64,000 nucleotides of DNA from a candidate division WOR-3 bacterium (GTDB lineage Bacteria; Hydrothermota; Tepidihabitantia; Tepidihabitantales; Tepidihabitantaceae): assembly GCA_965649205.1 (NCBI GenBank), contig CBFGJV010000005.1, positions 41,918 to 105,917 on the forward strand, given 5' to 3'. Below are positions 1 through 9,692 of the stretch, piece after piece. Both the position numbers and the translations under genes were made by a program. The notes under the pieces are model-generated. The model was given only the letters and a program-made list of their open reading frames with translations. It searched no databases and was not told the origin of the DNA. Position 1 is the first letter of the stretch. Every line of letters begins with the position of its first letter.

Positions 1-254
1 ACACCATTCTTGAAGACAATGAGGGTGGGAATGCCGTGGATGTTGAATCTGCCGGGTGTTTCCGGGCTTTCGTCTGTATTCAGTTTGCAGACTTTCATGC
101 GGCCGGCAAACCTGGTTGCCAGCCTTTCGATAACCGGTGCCAGAGCCCGGCAGGGACCGCACCATGGAGCCCAGAAGTCCACCACTACAGGCAGTTCCGA
201 TTTTGTTACTTCCGACTCAAAATTATCATCTCGCAGATGTACTATTCCGTCCAT
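1..254 (-). CDS. trxA: Thioredoxin (3' end runs off the window; absent from the ORF track)
   Basis: Manual translation of the reverse strand from ATG at 254 gives [40 protein letters not shown]...[13 protein letters not shown], with the WCGPC active site and cis-Pro IPT motif. SD-like GAAAGGA upstream. Confidence 0.95.
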   Translation of the reverse strand, partial: MDGIVHLRDDNFESEVTKSELPVVVDFWAPWCGPCRALAPVIERLATRFAGRMKVCKLNTDESPETPGRFNIHGIPTLIVFKNG

Positions 255-351
255 ATTTTTCCTTTCTTTAGTTTTGGACATTGCTGATTGCTTAGCTTTA
301 CACACTGACCTTTTTGACTGCAATTCTCACGGGAAAGGTTCGCAAAGACAC

Positions 352-1161
352 CTACCGGGCCCTAATCACTATGTCAGCATTGCTGGTGAACAGGGTGATG
401 ACAGAGGCCCCAGAGCCGATTCTGCCCCGTTTGTGGGCACGTTCTGATTTCTCATAGCTCACCAGGCCAAAGCCGGAGATAGTTATGTCCCCATTGGAGG
501 TGATGGCTTCAAAGGTTGCAGATATATTGGCGGGCAGGTAGAGCGTGATTTTCCCGTTAGAGGTGCCCAGACTGGCAGATTCGGTTGCTCTTAGTTCTGC
601 CAGGTCGCATTCTATCGCCTGACCGGAAGTAGAGACGGCGACGCTGCCGCGGTGAACCCGGATTCTCACCTTGCCGTTGGAGGTGCTGAGATTCAGAGAG
701 CCTTTGGTGTCCATAACTTCAATATCCGCGTTCGTGGTGGCGGCAGAAACGTCTGCGGTTATACCGGTTATGGAAACTGTTCCGTTGGAGGTGGAAAGTG
801 TGAGCGGAATGGATTCCGGGACGTAGAGGTCATAATGGACGCCGCAACTGCGGCTGCCGCCGGGTACGAGGGCCAGCAGGGAAAGTCGGCCAGAGTTGAC
901 AGTGTCCTTGAGAGTGATGTTTTCCAGCGCCCGGGCCGCGTCGGCACTGTCGCGGCCATAGCACCAGCGGGTGATGTGGGCGGTGAGAAGCGAGTCAAGG
1001 GCGAGGGAGATGTGAATATGACCGTTGCGGGTGCTTGCTTCCAGGCTGGTGAGAGATGGGGCGGGCCAAGAGCGGGTTTCAGGCAGTTCCAGCCGATAGG
1101 TGTAAATGCAGGCCAGGAGGTGGATCACTGTCCAGAGAATAAGGGGCGAAAGGCGTCGCAC
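352..1161 (-). CDS. DUF4097 / putative adhesin beta-strand-repeat lipoprotein
   Basis: Signal peptide with LLAC lipobox-like motif; repeated STSNG(x)(I/V) beta-repeats. Confidence 0.8.
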   Translation of the reverse strand: MRRLSPLILWTVIHLLACIYTYRLELPETRSWPAPSLTSLEASTRNGHIHISLALDSLLTAHITRWCYGRDSADAARALENITLKDTVNSGRLSLLALVPGGSRSCGVHYDLYVPESIPLTLSTSNGTVSITGITADVSAATTNADIEVMDTKGSLNLSTSNGKVRIRVHRGSVAVSTSGQAIECDLAELRATESASLGTSNGKITLYLPANISATFEAITSNGDITISGFGLVSYEKSERAHKRGRIGSGASVITLFTSNADIVIRAR

Positions 1162-1166
1162 TGCGT

Positions 1167-1844
1167 TTACTTGGTGCTGATTGTCTGGGCTGCAGGCGCT
1201 ATGAGTATTCCCACCGAATAGAAGGGTCCGCCGAAGCGGCTGGGAGGGGTGCCGATGATTCTGGCTCCGCCGGGCTGGTGCCAGTTGACAGCGAAGGGCG
1301 AATACAGATAGCCTGCGCGCAGGGTGAGACCGTAACGGGAGCCAGCGTTGACCGCAGAAATTCCGAGTTCGAGGGCTGCCAGCCCTGTGGGTTTCATTCC
1401 GGATAGGAGCGTGACTCCTTGGCCAGGTCTGGTCAAAAGGGAGTCGAATTTGATATCCCCTTTTTCAGTTCTGATGCTGAATGTTTGCGTCTGGCCACCC
1501 AGTCCGAGCATGGGCACGACAGAAAGAAAGGAGAAGGGAAGCAGTTTGGGCCCGGTTGTAGCGAACAAGCCCCAGCTCTCGCTGTGTAACCGAAAACTGT
1601 CGTTCTCGCTTTCGTCCCAGGTACGATAGAACAGGGGACCGACGAGCAGATGGCCGGTTAGGGAACGCAATTCCAAGCCCCAGCCATAATGACGGCGCGC
1701 AGCCTGCGGCAATCCGTTGGCGGCAAACTTGGCGTTGAAGCCGGCCACATCGGGCTCATAGGCAGCAGCGAAGGGGATAAGCCAAGCTTCCTGAGCTAGG
1801 GTCAGGGTGGTTGCTAGCAGAAAAAACAGAGCCGTTTTCTTCAC
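1167..1844 (-). CDS. Hypothetical exported protein, probably an outer-membrane beta-barrel
   Basis: MKKTALFFLLA signal peptide; alternating aromatic/Gly beta-strand pattern. Confidence 0.6.
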   Translation of the reverse strand: MKKTALFFLLATTLTLAQEAWLIPFAAAYEPDVAGFNAKFAANGLPQAARRHYGWGLELRSLTGHLLVGPLFYRTWDESENDSFRLHSESWGLFATTGPKLLPFSFLSVVPMLGLGGQTQTFSIRTEKGDIKFDSLLTRPGQGVTLLSGMKPTGLAALELGISAVNAGSRYGLTLRAGYLYSPFAVNWHQPGGARIIGTPPSRFGGPFYSVGILIAPAAQTISTK

Positions 1845-1852
1845 TGGTAGCC

Positions 1853-1881
1853 AGTATAGGTAGAAGCAAGAAAGGTGTCAA
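1853..1881 (-). promoter_or_regulatory. Sigma70-type promoter, leaderless start
   Basis: TTGACA-17-TATACT, then 8 nt to the GTG start at 1844; no SD. Confidence 0.7.
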
Positions 1882-1983
1882 ACTGCCCGAAGATAAAAGC
1901 CAGCGCAGTCAGGACAGGATGCCCTTGCGGTTACGCAGAGTCGTTAGTCCGGTGTCTGAGATACCGAGGTGCCAGGCCTGAGT

Positions 1984-3165
1984 TTAGACCGCGAGGGAGT
2001 CGGCCAAAAGTTCGGCCACGTCCACTACGCGCAGGTCCAGCTCCATAGTTTTTACCGAGTCGTCGAACATCAGCAGACAATAGGGACAGGCAACGGCCAG
2101 AATTTCCGCACCGGTCTGGACAGCCTGTTGTACGCGGATATCAGAAAGCCTTTCTCCCTTTGGCCAGTCAAGCCAAAGACCGCCGCCGCCTCCGCCGCAG
2201 CAGATGGACTGGTCGCGATTGAAGTGAAGAATCTCCACCAGCTCCAGCCCGGGAATACTTCTCAATACCTGTCGGGGTTCTTCGTAAATGCCGCTCTGGC
2301 GACCGAGCGTGCACGGGTCGTGATACACTACCTTCTTGGGCAGAGGCTTCTTGGGCTGAAGCCGACCTTCGGCGAGAAGTCGGGCAAACAGCTGGGTTTC
2401 GTGAATGAATTCGCGGCCCTTGCTCAACTCGGGATAGTCCCGGCGAAAACTGCGATAGCAGTGAGGCGAAGTACAGATCACTCGTCTGACTTCCGGTTTG
2501 TTCAGGAGTTGAGTATTGGTCTCCGCTAATTGTTGGAACGCATCCTCGGCTCCGGCCCGGCGTATGGCTTCGCCGCAACAGGCCTGCTCAGCGCCCAGTA
2601 TGCCATACGACAGGCCGGCCGCACTAAGTACCCGGTAGGTGGCACGATTGAAAGCCTGACAGCGCGGGTCAAAGTCGGCCGTACAGCAGGTGAACCAGGC
2701 ATATTCGGTGTCGGAAGCGAAACAGGGTACAGAAAGGTCTTTGGCCCAGTCGGTACGTTTCTCAGGCGCTCCGCCCCAGGGATTGCCTACCGCTAGACAT
2801 TGAGAAATCACGCTCAGCAGAGTAGAGGGCACGGAGCGGTTCTCCACCATCACGCGGCGCACTGCGCGCAGGACAGAGGGAAGGTCCACTCCGCGTGGAC
2901 AGCGGGCCAAGCACGCTTCGCATCCGACGCAGCGGTATAGTTCTTCCACCTCGGCCGCTACTTCTTCCTGTTCTTCTGCGTTGAGTACCGCACCCAGCTT
3001 TACGGCCTGGGGCAGACGATGTACGGTGAATGATACCCGTTTGATGTGATACCAGGGACAAAGAGACATGCACATACCGCACTGGTAGCACTTGCGTACT
3101 TCTTCTCCCCCGTATTCCAGAATCAGGTCGCGGATGTCCAGGTCCGGAACAAGCAGTTTGGGCAT
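1984..3165 (-). CDS. HdrD/GlpC-like Fe-S oxidoreductase (2x[4Fe-4S] plus two CCG domains)
   Basis: CYQCGMCMSLCP and CVGCEACLARCP ferredoxin motifs; CCG motifs (ACCGE, ICCGGGG); YHDPC and ACPYC. Confidence 0.88.
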   Translation of the reverse strand: MPKLLVPDLDIRDLILEYGGEEVRKCYQCGMCMSLCPWYHIKRVSFTVHRLPQAVKLGAVLNAEEQEEVAAEVEELYRCVGCEACLARCPRGVDLPSVLRAVRRVMVENRSVPSTLLSVISQCLAVGNPWGGAPEKRTDWAKDLSVPCFASDTEYAWFTCCTADFDPRCQAFNRATYRVLSAAGLSYGILGAEQACCGEAIRRAGAEDAFQQLAETNTQLLNKPEVRRVICTSPHCYRSFRRDYPELSKGREFIHETQLFARLLAEGRLQPKKPLPKKVVYHDPCTLGRQSGIYEEPRQVLRSIPGLELVEILHFNRDQSICCGGGGGGLWLDWPKGERLSDIRVQQAVQTGAEILAVACPYCLLMFDDSVKTMELDLRVVDVAELLADSLAV

Positions 3166-3266
3166 GGAGCTAATTCTTGCACCAACAGCCGGCAGAGTCA
3201 AGCGAACTCCAACCGAGTTGCTTCAACTGTAAACACCGCCAACGAGCAGGCGTGCAACCGCTTCGG

Positions 3267-5990
3267 TCAGCGTTCGAGAATCAGTTTCCGGGTGGCGGTG
3301 AAGTTATTGGCCTCCATCCGTATGAGATACACTCCCGGGCTCAGTATCTGTCCGTTATAGCCGCGGCCATCCCATATTGTCTGGTGAAAACCTGCTGGTA
3401 AAACGCCCAGCCCGATTTCCCGCAGCAGAATTCCTGTTGCGGAGTAGACGCATAGGCGCACACGGGCCTGTTCAGGCAGGCCGAACCGGATGCGGGCTGA
3501 GCCGAGGACAGGATTGGGGTGCGGTTTTTCCAGAGAAAATCTTAAAGGCCGGGCCGGGTTTTCTTCAATGCCGGTCAGCGGAACTACTTCAACCGAGTCG
3601 GTGAGAAAGTCGTTGGCGGGTGCGGTATCGCCGGCGACCGCAGTGGAGCAGCGCACCAGATAGGTGCCGATCGAATCTGCAGCCCAGGGCCGATAGGATA
3701 CGGTGCTGTTCATACCGGCCAGTACTAGCACAGTCTGAGTGTCTAGGTAAGTGGTACCAATGCGGAACCAAGTGAAGACCTCTTCGTCCTGGGTGCCGAG
3801 ATTGTGTATGGTGGCAGAGGGGAAGACGACAGAACCGGAGTCTATGCGTCCGGTCGGCGCCAGAATGGCGGTTACGGCTATGTCTTTGGGCGGGCCGGTG
3901 CGGACTTCGATGTCGCCGGTGAGTGCCCAGGCAAACCATTGTTTCTGCGCGGTGCGCACATTCTGACCATATACTTTGATTGTCCAGTAGCCGGTATCAG
4001 GAGAGTTTACCCGCACGCATTCTTCCACATTGAGCGAGTCCCAGGCAGAAGGATTCGGCGTGGACTGGCCGCCGCTATACTGGTTTCCCCGGTAGGAGAC
4101 ACCCGCAGGAGAAATCATTTCCAGATTCAGGTTGTTTACCAGAGTAGGGTTGGCATTGGGAGCGGCGGCGGTGTCGGTCCAGGCCAGACACACCCGCAGG
4201 GGAATTGCCGAGTTTACCTTGAAGCGAGCTTCTTTGTATTCACCGGTGGCGAGTCCGAACGTGTCGTCCACCAGCAGCAGTTTGCGACTGTCGCCAGGGA
4301 AATAGAGCACCGAATCAACATCTACCCGACCCCAGCCGATGTCAAAACTGGGGATGGTGTAGGAGCCGACATTGGGGTCGGCGGATACCTGAGCCATAGC
4401 GCGGAGAAGGGCGGCGGAGTTGTAGTTGAGCTTCTGATGGGGTTCGGGTGTGCCGGACGGGTAGTATCCTTCTTGCAGGTAGCAGCGCATCAAACCGACT
4501 GCGCCGTTGACGCTGGGCGTGGCCATCGAGGTGCCAGACATTTTGGAATAGCCGTTGGTGGAAGGTGCGGCCTGGGCCGAGTTCAGGTCCACGCCGGTGG
4601 CCATCACGTTGGGTTTGATTCTTCCATCCTGGGTCGGACCCCGGGAGGAGAAGCTGGCAATGGTATTGGAGCCGGTGCCGTTGTTGGTAGCGCCTACCGT
4701 CAGCACGTTCTTGGCGATGCCGGGATTGCGCAGACGACGGGCAGAAGATTCGTTGCCCGCGGCCATTATGTTCAAGAAGTCTTTGTGCGCCCAGCAATAC
4801 GCATCAGTGGAAGCGTCCTGTAGCAGATAGGTTCCGGAGGAGTTGGAATAGCCCCAGGAGCCGGACGCCTGCCATACAGGCCGAAGAGAATCGGGCAGGC
4901 CGCGGCCCAGATGCACTGTGTCCCATACCGGGTAGAGGTCGGCGCTGACTACGAAGCTGGTGCCGTTGGTCAGGTCCACAAAGTAAAGTCGGGCATCCTT
5001 GGCTATGCCGTCGTAGAAGCTGGTACCACCGGTGAGCGAGTCGTTGCCGGCTACAGTGCCTGCAACGTGGGAGCCGTGGTACTGGCCTTCACTGGCATCA
5101 GCAGTTCCGTATTTCTTGTAGGCAACCACTTTGCGGTGGTCAGGCCAGATGCCGGGCGGGGTTACAGGTCTAGCCGGGTCGCGGAACATATCGTGGCCGG
5201 TATTCAGACCGGTGTCGTGGACAGAGAGAATTACACCTTGACCCCGCACTCCTTCCTTCCAAGCGCGGCGGGCGGTAAGGCTGGTGTCCGGGGGTGCTAC
5301 TGGCTGCCAGCCAGTCTGGGCGACCCACTGAGCGCTGTTGTTGCAGGTGGTTGGTTCGTTCCAGGCCTGAATCCAGAATACTTCCTGCAGGCGGGCCAGG
5401 TCAGGGATTCTTTCGGTGTCCAGCGTAAACTCAACTGTGGTGCCGTACGCGGAGGTCATAACCTGCAGCAACGTGCCGTCTAGCTCTTCTATTTTGCGGG
5501 TGACAGCGGCCGGGTCTTCGGTGGGCGTGACCAAAAGCGAGAAGCGGCGCGTGCCGGCAGTGCCCAAGAGTCCCAGCTCCAGTTTGTACGCAGGTTGGAA
5601 CAAGCCGACCCAGTTCACGAACGGCAGGCTGGAGACATACGCTCTTTGGCCAGCGTCAAGTCGGGCAAGCACCGCATACTGGGGCAGGTAGCCAAAGGTC
5701 CTGATACCGGACGCTTCGAGCCGGCGAAACCAGTTCTGTTCAATCGGGCCGGTGAACTGGATTATGCAATACTGACTGCCGGTTACATCTTCGGCAAGGC
5801 GGAGATTGTGGGGAAGGTCTGGTTCGCCTTTCTGGGTGTCTATGACATAACCATTGGAGAAGGAAATAAAGCGGACTTCGCCTGAAGCGGGGGTGAACCG
5901 ACGGACAGGCCCCATGTTGTAGTGACTTGCCGGCAAAGCCAGGGCTGGCACAGACGCCAGCAGGAGCAGAAACGCAGTTACATATCTCAC
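3267..5990 (-). CDS. Secreted S8 subtilisin-like serine peptidase with CARDB and C-terminal FlgD/T9SS-like domain
   Basis: Signal peptide; catalytic D (HDTG), H (HGSHVAG) and S (GTSMATP); C-terminal PNP...WDG...PGVYLIR...TRKLIL. Confidence 0.92.
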   Translation of the reverse strand: MRYVTAFLLLLASVPALALPASHYNMGPVRRFTPASGEVRFISFSNGYVIDTQKGEPDLPHNLRLAEDVTGSQYCIIQFTGPIEQNWFRRLEASGIRTFGYLPQYAVLARLDAGQRAYVSSLPFVNWVGLFQPAYKLELGLLGTAGTRRFSLLVTPTEDPAAVTRKIEELDGTLLQVMTSAYGTTVEFTLDTERIPDLARLQEVFWIQAWNEPTTCNNSAQWVAQTGWQPVAPPDTSLTARRAWKEGVRGQGVILSVHDTGLNTGHDMFRDPARPVTPPGIWPDHRKVVAYKKYGTADASEGQYHGSHVAGTVAGNDSLTGGTSFYDGIAKDARLYFVDLTNGTSFVVSADLYPVWDTVHLGRGLPDSLRPVWQASGSWGYSNSSGTYLLQDASTDAYCWAHKDFLNIMAAGNESSARRLRNPGIAKNVLTVGATNNGTGSNTIASFSSRGPTQDGRIKPNVMATGVDLNSAQAAPSTNGYSKMSGTSMATPSVNGAVGLMRCYLQEGYYPSGTPEPHQKLNYNSAALLRAMAQVSADPNVGSYTIPSFDIGWGRVDVDSVLYFPGDSRKLLLVDDTFGLATGEYKEARFKVNSAIPLRVCLAWTDTAAAPNANPTLVNNLNLEMISPAGVSYRGNQYSGGQSTPNPSAWDSLNVEECVRVNSPDTGYWTIKVYGQNVRTAQKQWFAWALTGDIEVRTGPPKDIAVTAILAPTGRIDSGSVVFPSATIHNLGTQDEEVFTWFRIGTTYLDTQTVLVLAGMNSTVSYRPWAADSIGTYLVRCSTAVAGDTAPANDFLTDSVEVVPLTGIEENPARPLRFSLEKPHPNPVLGSARIRFGLPEQARVRLCVYSATGILLREIGLGVLPAGFHQTIWDGRGYNGQILSPGVYLIRMEANNFTATRKLILER

Positions 5991-6012
5991 GATGCCTCTC
6001 TTTTTAGGGTTG

Positions 6013-6921
6013 TTATTTTCCTTTCCGGGGACGGAAACGTCCTATGCGCATTATTTCAGCCAGATTGGCATGGGGGTCAATCTTCGGCACGAGCAGTGGC
6101 CGGGGGCTGGAGATAAGCGTGGTCACCCCCGGGCCATGGCCGGCCACCAGACAGTCGGAGTGAATTACAATGCCGATGGTAACCGCTCCCTTGCGCCAGG
6201 AACGGCCATAGGTATTGTCGTGGTCGGTAATGGCAACAAAGTCACCAAAGCGTAACTTGTCCAAACCCAGGCGCGCAATTTCTTTCCGATCGGTGGTCAT
6301 CACATCGTAGTCGCCGGTGCCCAGAGACAGCGAGCCTACACCTGAGCCCATCAGATACCCGGGAATAATGGCCGCTACCGGAACTTCCAGCCGGCCATCG
6401 CCAAGTTCCTTCACCCCGAGTCGGAAGAACAGGCGTGGATCCAGGTTGGTTATTTGAATATCAGGATAGTCTAGAAGCTGGAAACCCTGGCCGTATCCTT
6501 TGATAAGGAACTTGTCTTCCATCTGGAGTTTTTCCAGCACCGAGTCGGCAAAATCCACCAGGACGTGTTCGGCTCCGCCGTGATGACCTGTAACCACACC
6601 TTTTGCTCCTTTGGCATCACCGGTAACCACCTTTACCTCGTTGCCTACGCAGGAGTAGAAGTGCAGGGAGGTATTAGGATGGTCCATACGTTTTTCCCAG
6701 TCGGCGATACACGAAACTCCTGGTTCTATATGGTCTCCGGCCCAGCCGAAAGCAGGGTCACCTACCTTCACATTGTAGGATATGCCGCCGATAGAGGGCA
6801 GAAGGAAAGGTCGGCCGTTTGCGTCAACTGCGTGATTGCGTCTGCCGGAAGGATAGGACACCTTGCCCTGCACGGACAACATTACCACTTTGTCAATATT
6901 GGTTCGAATTTTGTGCTTCAT
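6013..6921 (-). CDS. DUF4438 family protein
   Basis: Motifs GGISYNVKVGD, GDHIEPGVS, GHHGGAEH, GDYD and HSDC..AGHGPG match the family. Start set at ATG 6921, 6 nt after TATAAT. Confidence 0.82.
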   Translation of the reverse strand: MKHKIRTNIDKVVMLSVQGKVSYPSGRRNHAVDANGRPFLLPSIGGISYNVKVGDPAFGWAGDHIEPGVSCIADWEKRMDHPNTSLHFYSCVGNEVKVVTGDAKGAKGVVTGHHGGAEHVLVDFADSVLEKLQMEDKFLIKGYGQGFQLLDYPDIQITNLDPRLFFRLGVKELGDGRLEVPVAAIIPGYLMGSGVGSLSLGTGDYDVMTTDRKEIARLGLDKLRFGDFVAITDHDNTYGRSWRKGAVTIGIVIHSDCLVAGHGPGVTTLISSPRPLLVPKIDPHANLAEIMRIGRFRPRKGK

Positions 6922-7113
6922 GCTGTTATTATAGGCCGGCTTTCCTGTCCTGCAACAAATCTGCAGACTCATTTGGGTCTGCGGTTGGGGAAGAGAGAGC
7001 TTTCTTTTTAGGTCAGTTGACCGCATTATTTATTGTCCTTGAGTTCTGAGAAGGGGAATAGCGATCCTTGACACCGTACCAGTCCGGCCTAATGTTGAAG
7101 CCGGAGGTGCACT

Positions 7114-7719
7114 TTGTGGAAAGAAGTCTTTGGGTCGAAGGTTAGAGTTGCAGGCGTAGCTTTGCTGGCTGCTTGCAGTGTGTTTATCTCAGCCTGCGGT
7201 GGCCGTTCTGGCACCGGTTCGCTTCCTGAAGTTCCGCTACCTAAAACAGGCACAAACGTTATGACTCTTACCAGCCCGGCATTTGCTTTCGGCCAGACAA
7301 TTCCGGTGCGCTACACCGGCGACGGTGACAATCTGTCACCTGAGCTAAACTGGACTGGGGCGCCGGAAAACACCCAGAGCTTTGCCCTTATCTGTTCTGA
7401 CCCGGATGCTCCGTCTGGTACCTTTATTCACTGGGTCATTTATAACATTCCCGGTGCGATGCGCGCTTTACCCGCTGGCATGCCCAAAAATCCGGTTGTG
7501 CTGGACAGTGCCGAACAGGGATATAACAGTTTTGGCCGGCTAGGATATGATGGTCCGCAGCCGCCACCGGGCAAGCCGCACCGTTATATTTTCAAGCTGT
7601 ACGCCCTGGATACGCGGATAAAAGCAAATCAGCGTGTGGTTGACGCCGAGTTTCTGCAGAAAAAGATGGACGGGCATGTACTTGCAACCGCAGAACTGAT
7701 GGGGACTTATCAGCGCTGA
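7114..7719 (+). CDS. YbhB/YbcL (PEBP / Raf kinase inhibitor-like) family lipoprotein
   Basis: DPDAP..F.HW and GPQPPPGKPHRY.F motifs; N-terminal lipobox-like ISAC. Confidence 0.9.
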   Translation: MWKEVFGSKVRVAGVALLAACSVFISACGGRSGTGSLPEVPLPKTGTNVMTLTSPAFAFGQTIPVRYTGDGDNLSPELNWTGAPENTQSFALICSDPDAPSGTFIHWVIYNIPGAMRALPAGMPKNPVVLDSAEQGYNSFGRLGYDGPQPPPGKPHRYIFKLYALDTRIKANQRVVDAEFLQKKMDGHVLATAELMGTYQR

Positions 7720-7858
7720 GGGCAGATATAAGCCTCCGGGCAAACAAAGGCTTTTTACATCTGTCATCAGTTTCCTGCGGTTAGGAGTTTTTCCGACCTT
7801 ATCGGGCAGAGGTGGAGTTTTTTCGAGAAGGCGGTCTCGTAAGTGAAGTTTTTCCGTA

Positions 7859-8182
7859 TGGGGGTCGCTCAGGGGGCTGCTCGGTAGGTGGTTGGGGGAG
7901 CGGTTCCGGGGGTAGGCTACTGGGCCGGGGGGTGGACCGGGAAGCCGGTCGGTGGGCAGGCAGTTCTCCAAGCCGCGGGGACGGCTGGTCAGATGGCCGG
8001 ATGATAGGCAGTTCTCCCTCTTGGCTGGGGATAGGTTCGGTCAGGAGGTCGGCAGGCCGCTGACAGGGCTGGTGGGGAAGTCTATTACCGAGCCGGTCGG
8101 TGAGGGGTTTACCGGGTTATTCAGGAAGTTGCCAGGGGGACGGATTGGAGAGCAGGTCGGCAGTCAGAATCCTGCTGATGTA
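7859..8182. repeat. Degenerate G-rich tandem array, 27 x 12 bp
   Basis: Units in constant phase from 7859, e.g. agggggctgctc, ggtaggtggttg, ggggagcggttc, ggcaggcagttc, ggacggctggtc, gataggcagttc, ggtcaggaggtc, accgagccggtc, ggagagcaggtc. Intergenic between convergent genes. Confidence 0.7.
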
Positions 8183-8216
8183 GGTTAGGGAAACATAAGA
8201 GGTTACAAACTGAAGC

Positions 8217-9611
8217 TTAGCCAGCTACTTGGAGGTTGCCGAAACGGATTGCATAGGGGCCGCGGTAGGACTGATAGACTTGAGTTTCTTTGGAGTAACG
8301 GGCATCGGCCAGAGTCTCAAACCAGTTGCCCACCAGCAGGCCGCCTTTGAAAGGCACGGGTTTGCCGTTCTGGTACTTTTCGCCCAGCCTGATTTCTACG
8401 GCGAATTGGCCGGAGGTCTGATTTACCGAAAAGGAGGAGAACGCTCTGATTACCACGCAGTTATCTGAAACCAGTTCTGCCATAGGGGTGCTGCCGGCGG
8501 GTATTACCGTTTCTCCCAGCTGGCCGGGCGCAGGAATGCCGGCGTCCAATAGTCCTAGATAGTGGTAATAGCGCCTCGCGCCTAGGAGTCCTTCGTAGCG
8601 GCCGTTCTTGACAACGGTTACCGGCCGGCAGGGAGTAGCGTCTGATTCGGCAAGCCGGGCACTGCGCAGACCGAAAGGAACCAGCGGGTCTGATACCAGA
8701 TTCAAGGCTTCTCCCAGCAGGGGTTTCTCGCCCCAGACCGGTTTCCCTTTTTCATATTGACTGGCTTTTTCGTATACCATGCGAGCATTGGCGTGAAATG
8801 CCAGAGGTGTGTTCTGCAGAGAAAGGAAATCAGCAGCCGCTTCGCCGGCGAGCACTACCGGGCCCTGCCAACGAGAAGGAGGTGAAGCAAGAGCGATATT
8901 GCGGGCCGCACTGGCATACTCTGTCACTATAGTTGCCGGATTCAGGTCGGAAAACCGGCGGCAGGAGAGCCGGGCGGTATGTTCGCCTACCCGGTCTTCT
9001 GCCGGGCGGCCCAGGAAGCATATCTCTATGTCAATTCGGGTGACCGGATACACGAGGTTCAGACCAGTTGAGCTGAGTACTTGTACCCGAGTGCGTTGGA
9101 TGAACGTTTCCAGGTTGGAGACCGTAACGTCTGGCTGAGGGGCAGTCGCAGCTACAATCTGGTCGTTGAATTTCTGGGCAAGGTTAAGAAGGGCTTTGTG
9201 GTCAAGTCCGGCGAGTTGGGGGTCGGCCAGTTCTACTTCGGGGTAGGATTCGTCCTTGCCTGGCAGGGGAAAGGGCTGGTTGCGTTGACTGCGAGCCGCA
9301 GCGACCAAGTTGTCTACTACTGTTTTGAGAGAGGTTTCCTCGTCAGAGATGAACTGGCCAGAGGCATCGCCCAGCCAAACTGAGCCATCTACCTCGAACC
9401 GGGAGTAGATGGTAACGCCCACTGTTTCCGCAGGAGAAGAGATAACTTCTCGGGGATGGGGATTGGCATGGGGCACAAAACGACCTGATTCCACTGTGTA
9501 TATCTTTGGCAGGCGGATGACGGTCATGGCGTCTGTCTCTCGGCTCGTGAGTATCCAGTCAGTGATGCCTTCAGCTTTTTCCAAATAGGCCTTTATGCGT
9601 TCCAGATTCAT
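8217..9611 (-). CDS. PmbA/TldE-like metallopeptidase partner subunit (divergent)
   Basis: Adjacent to tldD; C-terminal NQTSGQF and P.KGGLLVGN.F motifs; no HExxxH. Confidence 0.75.
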   Translation of the reverse strand: MNLERIKAYLEKAEGITDWILTSRETDAMTVIRLPKIYTVESGRFVPHANPHPREVISSPAETVGVTIYSRFEVDGSVWLGDASGQFISDEETSLKTVVDNLVAAARSQRNQPFPLPGKDESYPEVELADPQLAGLDHKALLNLAQKFNDQIVAATAPQPDVTVSNLETFIQRTRVQVLSSTGLNLVYPVTRIDIEICFLGRPAEDRVGEHTARLSCRRFSDLNPATIVTEYASAARNIALASPPSRWQGPVVLAGEAAADFLSLQNTPLAFHANARMVYEKASQYEKGKPVWGEKPLLGEALNLVSDPLVPFGLRSARLAESDATPCRPVTVVKNGRYEGLLGARRYYHYLGLLDAGIPAPGQLGETVIPAGSTPMAELVSDNCVVIRAFSSFSVNQTSGQFAVEIRLGEKYQNGKPVPFKGGLLVGNWFETLADARYSKETQVYQSYRGPYAIRFGNLQVAG

Positions 9612-9692
9612 AGGTGTTCTCCTTCTATCTGCGCGGGGCCAGTCCAACAGGGTGGAAATGTCGCTTCCAACTTTCGTGTTGCCCGCATAGTT

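Noticed and set aside
1984..3165. Selenocysteine or stop-codon recoding in redox genes
   Set aside because: The HdrD-like, trxA, tpx and other redox ORFs are uninterrupted; no in-frame TGA at Cys positions.
7952..8188. Tetrapeptide-repeat protein or TldD substrate precursor
   Set aside because: No convincing SD or promoter, the ORF starts mid-array, and the same frame has an upstream TAG. The minus strand has no credible ORF.
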